A DNA stretch of 64,000 bases from Bacteroidota bacterium (GTDB taxonomy: Bacteria; Bacteroidota; Bacteroidia; AKYH767-A; OLB10). The notes under the pieces were generated by a model. The model had not been told where the DNA came from and searched no databases. It saw only the letters and a list, made by a program, of their open reading frames with translations. Made by a program: the position numbers and the translations under genes. The stretch spans positions 19,323 through 83,322 of the forward strand of contig JBKCGZ010000143.1 of NCBI GenBank assembly GCA_046303115.1, given 5' to 3'. Position 1 is the first letter of the stretch. The number at the start of each line of letters is the position of its first letter. Shown piece after piece: positions 1 to 9,359 of the stretch.

Positions 1-304
1 ATCGATGAGCCATTGAATCCCTAACCCAATAAACAAATTGACGATACTCATTATTTGTAATCTCGGTATTGTCCATATAAAAGGCATGAACAGCTACCGT
101 TTTTGACTGTGTAACTTGCGAATAAGGTACATCCTGATCGCTTGCGCCCATATTAAATGAACCCTGAGGAATGAAAACCATTCCGTATGGATCGGCTTGA
201 TACCATTTCTCACGACCTTGAACTCCTACTAGCTGACCGCGGTTACCGCCTCCACAACTACTTAATAGTATAACTGCGGAAATTGCAATAATCAAATTTT
301 TCAT
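1..304 (-). CDS. gldK: GldK/PorK-like type IX secretion lipoprotein, N-terminal ~101 codons only (gene runs off the left edge)
   Basis: Not in the ORF track because there is no stop in the window. Own translation from the ATG at 302-304: MKNLIIAISAVILLSSCGGGNRGQLVGVQGREKWYQADPYGMVFIPQGSFNMG...TVAVHAFYMDNTEITNNEYRQFVYWV. This is a lipoprotein signal with a lipobox Cys followed by the SUMF1/FGE-like signature shared by GldK/PorK and GldJ. Its position directly downstream of porP/sprF matches the porP-porK-porL-porM-porN order, which favours GldK. Confidence 0.65.
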   Translation of the reverse strand, partial: MKNLIIAISAVILLSSCGGGNRGQLVGVQGREKWYQADPYGMVFIPQGSFNMGASDQDVPYSQVTQSKTVAVHAFYMDNTEITNNEYRQFVYWVRDSMAHR

Positions 305-455
305 ATGCGTTTTATTTCGCTTAAGGTTTGGTACTTTATTTCTTTAATGAGGTAACGATGAATTTTAATAATTTATTGTTACCTCTATAAATTTTGAAGT
401 TGCCTTTACGACAACAACAAATTTATGTTACCGATTTTATGAAATTTCTTTATTA

Positions 456-1370
456 TTATAAGAACCTTACATTTTTAATAGAAACTGGAACTTTTTTCTT
501 AACCATGAAGCAATAACCTAACATGATTTCGTGTGTTCCGTCGCTATAGTTCTTTAATTCTGATGTTGTAAAATCGTAAGAATATCCAACTTTCAGTTTT
601 TCAGTAATATTCATTCCTAACAAACCCACAATCGCATCTTCATTTCTGTATGATGCACCAACCCAAAAACGCTCATTGAATTGAGCATTTACATTAATAT
701 CAAATGTTGTATTTCCAGTCACATTTTTAACGAAAACCATTGGTTTTAAAACCACAGTAGGAGATACCTCAAAGTTATACCCTACCATTCCATAAATATG
801 TCTTTTATATACCTTGGAAAAATTGTCTAAATCGACACTACTCTCTAATAAATGACTTGCTGATACACCTGCAAATAATTTATCATTATTATAATATGCA
901 CCAAAACCAACATCGAATGCTGTACCGCTCACCGCTGTCTTTGGGATTGAAGGATCCACCACTGTTGGATCTGGAGCTCTGAAGTCTCCGTCAATTTGAT
1001 GTTGCATGAAATCTAAATCGATTCCTAAAGCTAACTTACCTTGACCAACATCAAATTTATAATTACCCGCCAACTTACCTTGTAATGTATTCTCGAACCC
1101 AATTTTATCTGTTAAAATTGATAACCCTAAACCTACTTTTCCGTTAGCCACAGGTCCATCGATGCCAATAACTCCTGTCTTGGGAGCGCCATCGTAACTT
1201 ACCCATTGGTTACGGTAAAGTAAATGAGCACAAATAGACTCAGAGCTTCCAGCATAAGCAGGATTTACAAATAATCTATTGTACATGTTCTGACTGAATT
1301 GAGGATCTTGCTGCGCGAAGCCTACTGTAGAGAGGCAACTAACTGCTAATACAGCTAAAATTTTCTTCAT
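456..1370 (-). CDS. porP: PorP/SprF family type IX secretion system membrane protein
   Basis: Signal peptide, then the family-typical N-terminus AQQDPQFSQNMYNRLFVNPAYAGS. About 300 aa with beta-barrel-like alternating pattern and a C-terminal aromatic residue. Immediately upstream of the gldK-like gene on the same strand. Confidence 0.85.
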   Translation of the reverse strand: MKKILAVLAVSCLSTVGFAQQDPQFSQNMYNRLFVNPAYAGSSESICAHLLYRNQWVSYDGAPKTGVIGIDGPVANGKVGLGLSILTDKIGFENTLQGKLAGNYKFDVGQGKLALGIDLDFMQHQIDGDFRAPDPTVVDPSIPKTAVSGTAFDVGFGAYYNNDKLFAGVSASHLLESSVDLDNFSKVYKRHIYGMVGYNFEVSPTVVLKPMVFVKNVTGNTTFDINVNAQFNERFWVGASYRNEDAIVGLLGMNITEKLKVGYSYDFTTSELKNYSDGTHEIMLGYCFMVKKKVPVSIKNVRFL

Positions 1371-1593
1371 AGAGAGTTGAATCTTGGTTTAATCGGTTGA
1401 TTGAAGTGGGTAAAGTAAGTAAATAATATTTAGAATTCAAAATTTGTATTTTTATATTGAATTTTAAGAGGTGAAATTATAAACAATTCGTCAACTAAAA
1501 ACTCCTTTTTCTTAAAAAAGAATGTATATGATTTCATTTGATTTAAGGTCAAGCGAAAAACTACTATAGTCTTGAAAAACAATGTAATAGAAT

Positions 1594-2757
1594 CTATGAG
1601 AGTTTATGAAACGCACTCCACCAACGATCAGGCACCTCATTCGTGCATGCCTGCTGATAATCATTGTAGCTACAAGGCATCAAATGTTGGCTCATATAAC
1701 GGTTTTTTGAAAGTTCCACTGGCATTTTCATCCACCAACGGTTGCTTTTTAAACTTTTGATAAAAACAATATCATTTTCAATTTCTGAAATTGGTACTCG
1801 ATAAGTAAGGTAATTAGAACTTGAAATTGCTGGCGTTTCGCTCTTTCTATTGCCAACGCCTTCAATATAAAACCAAATCATCTGAGCGATTAAATGGGCT
1901 GTTTGGTTGTTTATATCAAGACCTAAATTGTATTCGTAAAATCCAATACCCGTCGACTTATCACTTAAACCAGAATACATCATAATCTGACATATCTCCT
2001 CTCCATAAAAACCATTAGGCGTAGCATTTTTATTACCTGGGGCATCTGAATTCCTGATTGAGGAAATATCAACAGATATAAAATCTGCATTTCGAACAAT
2101 CGGCTCTGCCTCTTCGATATTCGTTCTCATCTGTCCAAGTCGATAGGTTTCAAAAAATAATTTATTCATTATCTCAACACTCGAACTTCCAACAAAATAG
2201 GTTTGATAACCCACATTACTAAAGTTAAACAGATAATTGGGCTGTTCCATGATGATATTACCCAAATAGGTTTCTGAGTTGCATTCTTCATCAGGCCTTC
2301 CCAAATCAAATCTTGAGTCTATGCAAACTAAATTGACGATTTGTTCAAGTTTCTTGTACCCCGAATAATGAGCATAAGTCAAATCCTGACTGCCCCCAAT
2401 AATCACTGGAATTATTTTGTTACTCAGTAACTCGCTTACAACTGTAGCCACAGCAGCATAAGTATCATTCAGCGTATGGCCAAGAATTAAATTACCTAAG
2501 TCAATTATTGGCCGACTGTTTAAATGAATTTTTAATCGATATAACTTTTCACGAATCGCGTCAATTCCATCAGGTGCATTTTTATTTTCAATAGCACCAC
2601 GATATTCAGGCACACCAATGATGGCAATACATGCACCTTCAAATGAGGGGAATGATTCACCACTATAATTAGCTGCAATGCTCGAGCCCAATGCATCTTT
2701 TGAAAAATTTGAACGACTGAAGTTTTCATTCAGTGGATGGAAATAACTATTGAGCAT
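1594..2757 (-). CDS. Arginase/ureohydrolase-fold protein (formimidoylglutamase-like), with a non-canonical metal site
   Basis: 387 aa. The three ureohydrolase motif positions are recognisable but altered: IGGSQD (canonical GGDHS), IDSRFD (canonical DAHxD) and SVDISS...SDAPG (canonical SxDxDxxDP). Confidence 0.55.
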   Translation of the reverse strand: MLNSYFHPLNENFSRSNFSKDALGSSIAANYSGESFPSFEGACIAIIGVPEYRGAIENKNAPDGIDAIREKLYRLKIHLNSRPIIDLGNLILGHTLNDTYAAVATVVSELLSNKIIPVIIGGSQDLTYAHYSGYKKLEQIVNLVCIDSRFDLGRPDEECNSETYLGNIIMEQPNYLFNFSNVGYQTYFVGSSSVEIMNKLFFETYRLGQMRTNIEEAEPIVRNADFISVDISSIRNSDAPGNKNATPNGFYGEEICQIMMYSGLSDKSTGIGFYEYNLGLDINNQTAHLIAQMIWFYIEGVGNRKSETPAISSSNYLTYRVPISEIENDIVFIKSLKSNRWWMKMPVELSKNRYMSQHLMPCSYNDYQQACTNEVPDRWWSAFHKLS

Positions 2758-2772
2758 TGTTACGCCTGAATT

Positions 2773-5244
2773 TTATTTTTTAGTTGATTTCTTCGTTACT
2801 TTTTTGGCTGCCGTTTTCTTTGTCGTGGTTTTCTTCGCTGCCTTTGCAGGTGCTTTTTTTGCTGCAGGCTTTTTTGATGCCGCTGCTTTAAGCGCTACTT
2901 TTTCTGCAGCCTGCGATTTCTTTTTTGACTTGAATCGCGATTTAGCAGATACATTTTTTTCATCTGATGCAATCTCTAAACAATCGTCTAAAGTGAGTTT
3001 TTTTGCATCTGTCCCTTTGGGTATACGATAATTCAAATCTCCTACAACCAGGTAAGGCCCCCATCTTCCATTTAATAATTGAACGTCTGGGCGATCTTTG
3101 AAAACCTTTATGACTCGCTCTCTCTCCACCTTACGTTTAGCCTCAATTAATTCAATTGATTTATCTATATCAATCGTGTAAGGATCTTCCGTTTTCGGCA
3201 TTGATATAAATAAATTATCATGCTTCACATACGGACCAAAACGACCTATACTAACGGAAACGGATTTACCCTCATATTCACCAACTGTACGAGGAAGCTT
3301 AAACAAGTCTAACGCTTCTTCTAATGTGATTGTTTCTAATCGCTGTCCGGTGCGCAAAGGAGCGTATTGCGGTTTATCATCCTCTCCTTCACCAGAGATT
3401 TGAACCAAAGGTCCGAATCTTCCGATCCTTGCACTGACTTGCTTTCCACTCTCTGGATGTTTACCTAGAATTCTTTCGCCATTGGCACGCTCGCTATTCT
3501 TTTCAGTTGACAAAACTAACTTATGAAATGGAACATAAAACTTCTTCAACATTTTAGACCAATCAAGATTACCTTGTGCTATTTCATCGAATTCTTTTTC
3601 GACGTTTGCAGTAAAGTTATAATCCATTATGCTTGGGAAATGCTGGGCTAAAAAGTCAGTCACTACAGTCCCAATATCAGTAGGAAACATTTTCGACTTT
3701 TCATTTCCATATGTCTCCGTTTTTAATTCTTGAAACACCTTCCCCTTAGCTAGAGTAAGCACATTGAAATTTCTTTCCTTACCCATTCTATCTTCCCGTA
3801 CAACATATCCTCTTGTCTGAATAGTTGCAATTGTTGGAGCATAGGTAGAAGGTCTTCCTATTCCTAATTCCTCAAGTTTCTTAACCAGACTTGCTTCTGT
3901 AAATCTTGCCGGTGGGGTTGAATATTTTTCTGTTGCAGATATGGAATCAACTTCCAACGCTTGACCTATTTTTAAGGGAGGCAATAAACCACTTTCATTC
4001 TCCTCCGTTTCATCGTCTGTCGATTCAAAATAAACCCTCAAAAATCCATCAAAACGAACAACTTCTCCAGTGGCAGTAAAGTTATCTTTTGTCTTATCAT
4101 TAGAAATAGTAACAACAGTTCTCTCAAGTTGTGCATCTGCCATTTGAGAAGCAATCGTTCGCTTATAGATTAACTCGTATAATCTCTTATCAGCTGAATC
4201 TCCATCAATGGTAGGTTGATCCAAATATGTAGGACGGATAGCCTCATGCGCCTCCTGAGCACTTGCAGATTTTGTTTTGTACTGACGTGGGTTTGAATAT
4301 TCCTTGCCGAACATTTTAGTAATCACTGCCTTTGCACTATCAATAGCAAGTTGAGATAAATTAACCGAGTCAGTCCTCATGTAAGTTATCTTTCCACTCT
4401 CATACAATCGCTGAGCGACTACCATCGTTTGCTTTACAGAAAAACCTAATTTTCTGCTAGCCTCTTGCTGTAATGTTGAGGTAGTGAAAGGAGCTGTTGG
4501 CGATTTCTTGCCTGGCTTGACTTCTAAATCTTGTATTTTAAAATTAGCATCTGCAAGTTTTTCAAGAAACGCCTTCGCATCTTTTAATTCTTGAATTCTT
4601 TTTGGTAGTTCTGCTTTTAAAATTGTAGCGTTGCCATTCTTGTCTTTTACCTTAAATAAGGCAACAATACGAAAACTAGATGCAGAAGTAAACTTTTCAA
4701 TCTCACGCTCACGTTCAACTATTAATCGAACCGAAACCGATTGAACTCTACCAGCAGATAAAGATGGTTTTACCTTTTTCCATAGAACTGGCGACAACTC
4801 AAAACCAACCAAACGATCTAAAATTCTTCTCGCCTGCTGCGCATCTACCAAGTTGATATCAATAAATCGCGGATTACTGATTGCGTCCTGGATTGCTTTT
4901 TTAGTGATCTCATGAAAAACGATTCGCTTAGTATTTGATTTCTTTAATCCTAATGTCTCATACAAATGCCAGCTGATTGCTTCTCCCTCGCGGTCTTCAT
5001 CGGTTGCTAACCAAACTGTAGTAGCTTTTTTCGATAATTTTTTAATTTCATCAACAACTTTAACTTTCTCCGGACTAACCTCATAATTTGGTTCAAAATC
5101 GTTGGAAATATCAATTCCCTTATCATTTTTGACCAGATCTCGCACGTGCCCAAAACTCGATTTTACCACATACCCATTCCCTAAAAAACCCTCAATTGTT
5201 TTAGCTTTCGCCGGGGACTCCACTATAACTAAGTTCTCTGCCAT
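2773..5244 (-). CDS. topA: DNA topoisomerase I with a Lys/Ala-rich C-terminal tail
   Basis: 823 aa. TOPRIM N-terminus (LVIVESPAKAKTI, DEDREGE), type IA core and repeated C-terminal GRFGPY-type domains. The last ~55 aa are a KKxAAK basic tail. Confidence 0.95.
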   Translation of the reverse strand: MAENLVIVESPAKAKTIEGFLGNGYVVKSSFGHVRDLVKNDKGIDISNDFEPNYEVSPEKVKVVDEIKKLSKKATTVWLATDEDREGEAISWHLYETLGLKKSNTKRIVFHEITKKAIQDAISNPRFIDINLVDAQQARRILDRLVGFELSPVLWKKVKPSLSAGRVQSVSVRLIVEREREIEKFTSASSFRIVALFKVKDKNGNATILKAELPKRIQELKDAKAFLEKLADANFKIQDLEVKPGKKSPTAPFTTSTLQQEASRKLGFSVKQTMVVAQRLYESGKITYMRTDSVNLSQLAIDSAKAVITKMFGKEYSNPRQYKTKSASAQEAHEAIRPTYLDQPTIDGDSADKRLYELIYKRTIASQMADAQLERTVVTISNDKTKDNFTATGEVVRFDGFLRVYFESTDDETEENESGLLPPLKIGQALEVDSISATEKYSTPPARFTEASLVKKLEELGIGRPSTYAPTIATIQTRGYVVREDRMGKERNFNVLTLAKGKVFQELKTETYGNEKSKMFPTDIGTVVTDFLAQHFPSIMDYNFTANVEKEFDEIAQGNLDWSKMLKKFYVPFHKLVLSTEKNSERANGERILGKHPESGKQVSARIGRFGPLVQISGEGEDDKPQYAPLRTGQRLETITLEEALDLFKLPRTVGEYEGKSVSVSIGRFGPYVKHDNLFISMPKTEDPYTIDIDKSIELIEAKRKVERERVIKVFKDRPDVQLLNGRWGPYLVVGDLNYRIPKGTDAKKLTLDDCLEIASDEKNVSAKSRFKSKKKSQAAEKVALKAAASKKPAAKKAPAKAAKKTTTKKTAAKKVTKKSTKK

Positions 5245-5467
5245 GCGTCGTTTTTGTACTTAAATTGTTAGAATATCAATTACTTAACCTAAAATTATTT
5301 GCTTTTAACAGACTTTTTGCAAACTAATTTGGCGAGCAAAATAACAAAATTTAAATGTTATTTCGGTTTTTCTAAAAAAATTGGTGCTTTTTGAAATTTT
5401 AAAAAATACCTGTTATTAACTTATCCAAACTCCTTTAAAATTGTCAATTTGCCAAAATTCAATTAAA

Positions 5468-5475
5468 TAATTTTG
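5468..5475 (+). promoter_or_regulatory. Candidate Bacteroidota sigma-A -7 box (TAATTTTG) for the downstream barrel-protein gene
   Basis: Exact match to the TAnnTTTG consensus, 31 nt upstream of the ATG at 5507. A TTTG lies at 5448-5451 as a possible -33 element, though the spacing is slightly short. Confidence 0.35.
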
Positions 5476-5506
5476 TGCTTCACTCAAATTATAAATAATC
5501 GACAAA

Positions 5507-6067
5507 ATGAAATATACAATCTTATTTTTAGTTGCATTTTTTTTAAACACAACTGGATTTTCTCAATCATTTCAAGAAGGTAATTTATTAGTAAAAGGAG
5601 GAATAGGAATTAGTAGCCCCTATTATTATACAAATACTGAAAGTACAATGCCTCCGCTTAGCTTAAGCCTGGACTATGCGATAAAAGATAAAATTGGGAT
5701 TGGAGGCGTTGTAGGCATTACCGCATCAAAATATTCAATAGTAGATAATAAAGGAGAATACCTAGCAAAACAAGGCTATCGATTGATTGGAGGAAGAGCA
5801 ACTTATCACTTTTGGTCGAAAGAGCATTTCGATGTATATTTAGGAGCAATGATGGGTTATGTAATTCCTGTTTGGCGAGTAAAATATACTAGTCCCTATT
5901 ACACCAAATATCCATTTAATAAGCCTAGTTACAACCGATTTGTTTTAGCAGGATTCGTTGGATTAAATTATAGCGTCAATAATAATTGGGGTGTTTTTGG
6001 AGAGGTTGGATACAACCTATCTTATATAACTGGAGGAGCTTATTGGAGAATACCTCAAATCAAATAG
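5507..6067 (+). CDS. Small outer-membrane beta-barrel protein (hypothetical)
   Basis: 186 aa with a signal peptide (MKYTILFLVAFFLNTTGFS). Gly/Tyr-rich alternating strands ending in an aromatic-rich segment. Confidence 0.45.
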   Translation: MKYTILFLVAFFLNTTGFSQSFQEGNLLVKGGIGISSPYYYTNTESTMPPLSLSLDYAIKDKIGIGGVVGITASKYSIVDNKGEYLAKQGYRLIGGRATYHFWSKEHFDVYLGAMMGYVIPVWRVKYTSPYYTKYPFNKPSYNRFVLAGFVGLNYSVNNNWGVFGEVGYNLSYITGGAYWRIPQIK

Positions 6068-6132
6068 TTTTTTATTGCTGACATTTTGTCACCGCCCTAG
6101 AGTTTTGTACTTTTGCACTCAAATAATTTGAG

Positions 6133-7608
6133 ATGTACAACGAAGGAAATAAAGAAATCGATGAATCGAGGCAGGGTGAAGCAACAATGCTTGAAACCAA
6201 TGGAATATCCAACGGTAAGAAACTTTTTTTAGAAAGCTACGGATGTGCAATGAATTTTTCTGATAGTGAAATCATTGCTTCGATTTTAACAGGAATTGGA
6301 TTTCAGACTACCAATAAAGTGGAAGAAGCTAATGTTGTGTTTTTAAATACTTGCGCTATTCGCGATAACGCAGAAAACAGAGTGCGCCAACGTCTTCAGG
6401 ATTTGAAAAAATCAAAAAAGCAGAATCCAGGACTTATTGTAGGTGTATTAGGTTGTATGGCGGAACGTTTAAAAACAAAGTTGTTGGAAGAAGAAAAATT
6501 GGTGGACATCGTTGCCGGTCCAGATTCATATCGTGATTTACCCAATTTAATCGAGCAGGTTGAAAATGGACATAAAGCAGTTAATGTATTACTATCTAGA
6601 GAAGAAACCTACGCCGATATTAGTCCGGTTAGATTAGCAACCAATGGTGTGAATGCATTTGTTTCTATTATGCGTGGTTGCGATAACATGTGTGCCTTTT
6701 GCGTAGTTCCTTTTACACGTGGTAGAGAGAGAAGTCGCGACCCAAAAAGTATTGTAGAAGAATCGCAACAATTATTTGATCAGGGATATCGTGAAATCAC
6801 TTTATTAGGACAAAATGTAGATTCCTATTTATGGTGGGGAGGTGGCCAAAAGAAAGAACTTCCGCAAGAGACAGTTCACAAGGCATTGAACCATTTGCTG
6901 TCTGAAGAAGAGCAAGCAAACTTTACAACCTTTGCAGATTTGCTTGAGATGGTAGCTAAAATCCATCCTGATTTAAGAGTACGTTTTTCTACAAGCAATC
7001 CAAGGGATATGACCGATGCAGTATTGCATGTTATTGCAAAGTATGAGAATTTATGTAAGTACATTCACTTACCTGTTCAAGCTGGAAGTACGAGTATGCT
7101 TGAAAGAATGAACAGAGGATATACTCGCGAACAATATATAGATCGTATTAATTCGATAAGAAGAATATTACCGGATTGCGCTATTTCGACGGATATTATT
7201 GCAGGATTTTGTGGCGAAACAGAAGAAGAACATCAGGCAACATTATCATTAATGGAATGGGCGAATTATGATTTCGCTTACATGTTTAAGTACTCTGAAA
7301 GGCCTGGAACTGCAGCAGCGAAAAAAATGAAAGACGATATCAGTGAAGAGGAAAAATCAAGACGCCTAAGTGAAATAGTTGCACTACAACAAAAGATGTC
7401 TGCTAAAAGAACTAAACTAGGACTACACAAAACACATCGTGTATTAATAGAAGGATTATCAAAAAAATCTGATCAGATGTTGAGTGGAAGAACAAGTCAG
7501 AATTTGGTCATTGTATTCCCAAAAGAAAATTATCAACCAGGAGAATATGTGAATGTATACGCTGATGATTGTACAAAGGCAACTTTAATTGGACATATTG
7601 TAAAATAA
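6133..7608 (+). CDS. miaB: tRNA (N6-isopentenyladenosine-37) methylthiotransferase MiaB
   Basis: UPF0004 N-domain (LESYGCAMN), radical-SAM CDNMCAFC motif and TRAM-like C-terminus. The true start may be the internal Met (MLETNG). Confidence 0.9.
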   Translation: MYNEGNKEIDESRQGEATMLETNGISNGKKLFLESYGCAMNFSDSEIIASILTGIGFQTTNKVEEANVVFLNTCAIRDNAENRVRQRLQDLKKSKKQNPGLIVGVLGCMAERLKTKLLEEEKLVDIVAGPDSYRDLPNLIEQVENGHKAVNVLLSREETYADISPVRLATNGVNAFVSIMRGCDNMCAFCVVPFTRGRERSRDPKSIVEESQQLFDQGYREITLLGQNVDSYLWWGGGQKKELPQETVHKALNHLLSEEEQANFTTFADLLEMVAKIHPDLRVRFSTSNPRDMTDAVLHVIAKYENLCKYIHLPVQAGSTSMLERMNRGYTREQYIDRINSIRRILPDCAISTDIIAGFCGETEEEHQATLSLMEWANYDFAYMFKYSERPGTAAAKKMKDDISEEEKSRRLSEIVALQQKMSAKRTKLGLHKTHRVLIEGLSKKSDQMLSGRTSQNLVIVFPKENYQPGEYVNVYADDCTKATLIGHIVK

Positions 7609-7614
7609 AAATCA

Positions 7615-8856
7615 GTGAAAATTCAAGATCTTAAATTACGCTTTGGAATTATCGGTAATTCGCCGCAGTTAGATCATTGCATTGATATTGCAAGACAAGT
7701 TGCTCCAACTGATTTATCGGTACTCATTACCGGAGAAAGTGGAACTGGAAAAGAAATTTTTCCTCAAATAATACATTTTTTAAGCGCTCGCAAACACGGG
7801 CCTTATATTGCTGTGAATTGTGGAGCAATTCCTGAAGGCACCATCGACTCTGAATTATTCGGACATGAAAAAGGTTCGTTTACAGGAGCGCATGAAGCAC
7901 GTAAAGGATATTTTGAAGTAGTTAATGGTGGAACCATTTTTTTAGATGAAGTGGCAGAATTACCAATGCTTACGCAAGCACGTTTGTTACGTGTTTTAGA
8001 GAGTGGAGAGTTTATTCGCGTAGGATCTAGCAAAGTGCAAAAAACAAATGTACGTGTTGTTGCTGCTACCAATGTAAATATTCTTGAAGCGATTGAAAAA
8101 GGAAAATTCAGAGAGGATTTATATTATCGATTGAATACAGTTCCAATTTCAATTCCTGCTTTGCGCGATAGAAAAGAAGATATATTATTATTGTTTAGAA
8201 AATTTGCATCTGACTTTTCAGATAAATACAAGATGCCTACTCTAGCCCTCCTGCCAGAAGCTCAAAAACTATTAATGGACAATAGATGGCCTGGCAATGT
8301 GCGACAACTAAAAAATATTACAGAGCAATTGTCTATTCTGGAAAAGTCGAAGGAAATTTCTGCTGAAACATTGTTAAAATATCTTCCGAAAGAATCAATG
8401 GCAAGTGTGCCAATGGTATTAAGAGACGCTTACGGTGGTAGTGGTGATTATTCAGAGCGAGAATTATTATATAAAGTTTTATTCGACATGAAAAAAGACT
8501 TAACCGAATTAAAATCGGTTGTGGCAAATATGATGTCGGGCAATGCAGTTGAAATTTCGAACGACAAAATTTTTCATAGCAATCCAAGTGTAGAACATCT
8601 ACCAGCAATAATCACTCCTGCTCCTATTGCAAGTTATCACTCTTCAAGTGGAAATGTTACGATTGAACCAGCCGACATGAATATTGATGCGCATACCGAG
8701 GTGAAGGATGAGCCACTTTCATTGGCAGATAAAGAAAAAGAAATGATTATAAAGGCTCTCGAAAAACATAGAGGGAGAAGAAAAAATGCTGCTCGAGAAC
8801 TAGGAATATCTGAGCGAACGCTTTATAGAAAAATCAATGAATACGAAATCAAATAA
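7615..8856 (+). CDS. Sigma-54-dependent transcriptional activator (bacterial enhancer-binding protein, EBP) lacking any N-terminal sensory/receiver domain
   Basis: GTG start. The AAA+ domain begins within ~35 aa of the N-terminus (GESGTGKE Walker A, GSFTGA sigma-54 contact loop, FLDE Walker B). C-terminal Fis-type HTH (AARELGISERTLYRKI). Confidence 0.85.
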   Translation: MKIQDLKLRFGIIGNSPQLDHCIDIARQVAPTDLSVLITGESGTGKEIFPQIIHFLSARKHGPYIAVNCGAIPEGTIDSELFGHEKGSFTGAHEARKGYFEVVNGGTIFLDEVAELPMLTQARLLRVLESGEFIRVGSSKVQKTNVRVVAATNVNILEAIEKGKFREDLYYRLNTVPISIPALRDRKEDILLLFRKFASDFSDKYKMPTLALLPEAQKLLMDNRWPGNVRQLKNITEQLSILEKSKEISAETLLKYLPKESMASVPMVLRDAYGGSGDYSERELLYKVLFDMKKDLTELKSVVANMMSGNAVEISNDKIFHSNPSVEHLPAIITPAPIASYHSSSGNVTIEPADMNIDAHTEVKDEPLSLADKEKEMIIKALEKHRGRRKNAARELGISERTLYRKINEYEIK

Positions 8857-9358
8857 TATCATCAATACTTACATAGCTATTTTACTAAGTGTAATTTTCT
8901 TTGAAAGTTGTGGCGTGTATTCATTTACAGGTGCGTCTATCGCTCCTGATATTAAAACAATTTCTATTAAATATTTCCCGAATAGATCATCTCTTATTCA
9001 GCCCACTTTAAGTCAGGCATTCACAGAAAAACTAAAAGAAAAATTCATAGCTCAAACCAACTTAAGGCTAATCAACGAAAACGCTGATTTAAAAATCGAA
9101 GGCTACATTTCAGATTATAGAACACAGCCTGTGGCTATTCAAGGAACACAAACCGCAGCTTTAAATCGCCTTACTATTTCAATAAATGTTAAATTTACCA
9201 ACACAAAAGACGATAAACAGAATTACGAAACTCTATTTAGCAGATACGCAGATTATGATGCCCAGAAGAGTTTAGCAGAGGTAGAGCAAGCATTAATAGA
9301 GGATATAAACAAGCAATTAGTTGATGATATTTTCAACAAATCAGTAAGCAACTGGTAA
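8837..9358 (+). CDS. lptE: LptE-like LPS-assembly lipoprotein
   Basis: 173 aa with a lipoprotein signal (FFESCGVYSF). Conserved position after the sigma-54 activator in Bacteroidota. Overlaps the upstream gene by 20 nt. Confidence 0.5.
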   Translation: MNTKSNNIINTYIAILLSVIFFESCGVYSFTGASIAPDIKTISIKYFPNRSSLIQPTLSQAFTEKLKEKFIAQTNLRLINENADLKIEGYISDYRTQPVAIQGTQTAALNRLTISINVKFTNTKDDKQNYETLFSRYADYDAQKSLAEVEQALIEDINKQLVDDIFNKSVSNW

Positions 9359-9359
9359 C

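Noticed and set aside
1572-1760. 62-aa plus-strand ORF near the 3' end of the arginase-fold gene
   Set aside because: It lies mostly inside the longer, motif-bearing minus-strand ORF. It has no independent support.
2750-3031. Plus-strand 93-aa ORF rich in Phe/Ala/Val (FFVVVFFAAFAGAFFAAGFF), which looks like a membrane peptide
   Set aside because: It is the antisense shadow of the Lys/Ala-rich topA tail: AAG/GCN codons read backwards give Phe/Ala. It lies entirely inside topA.
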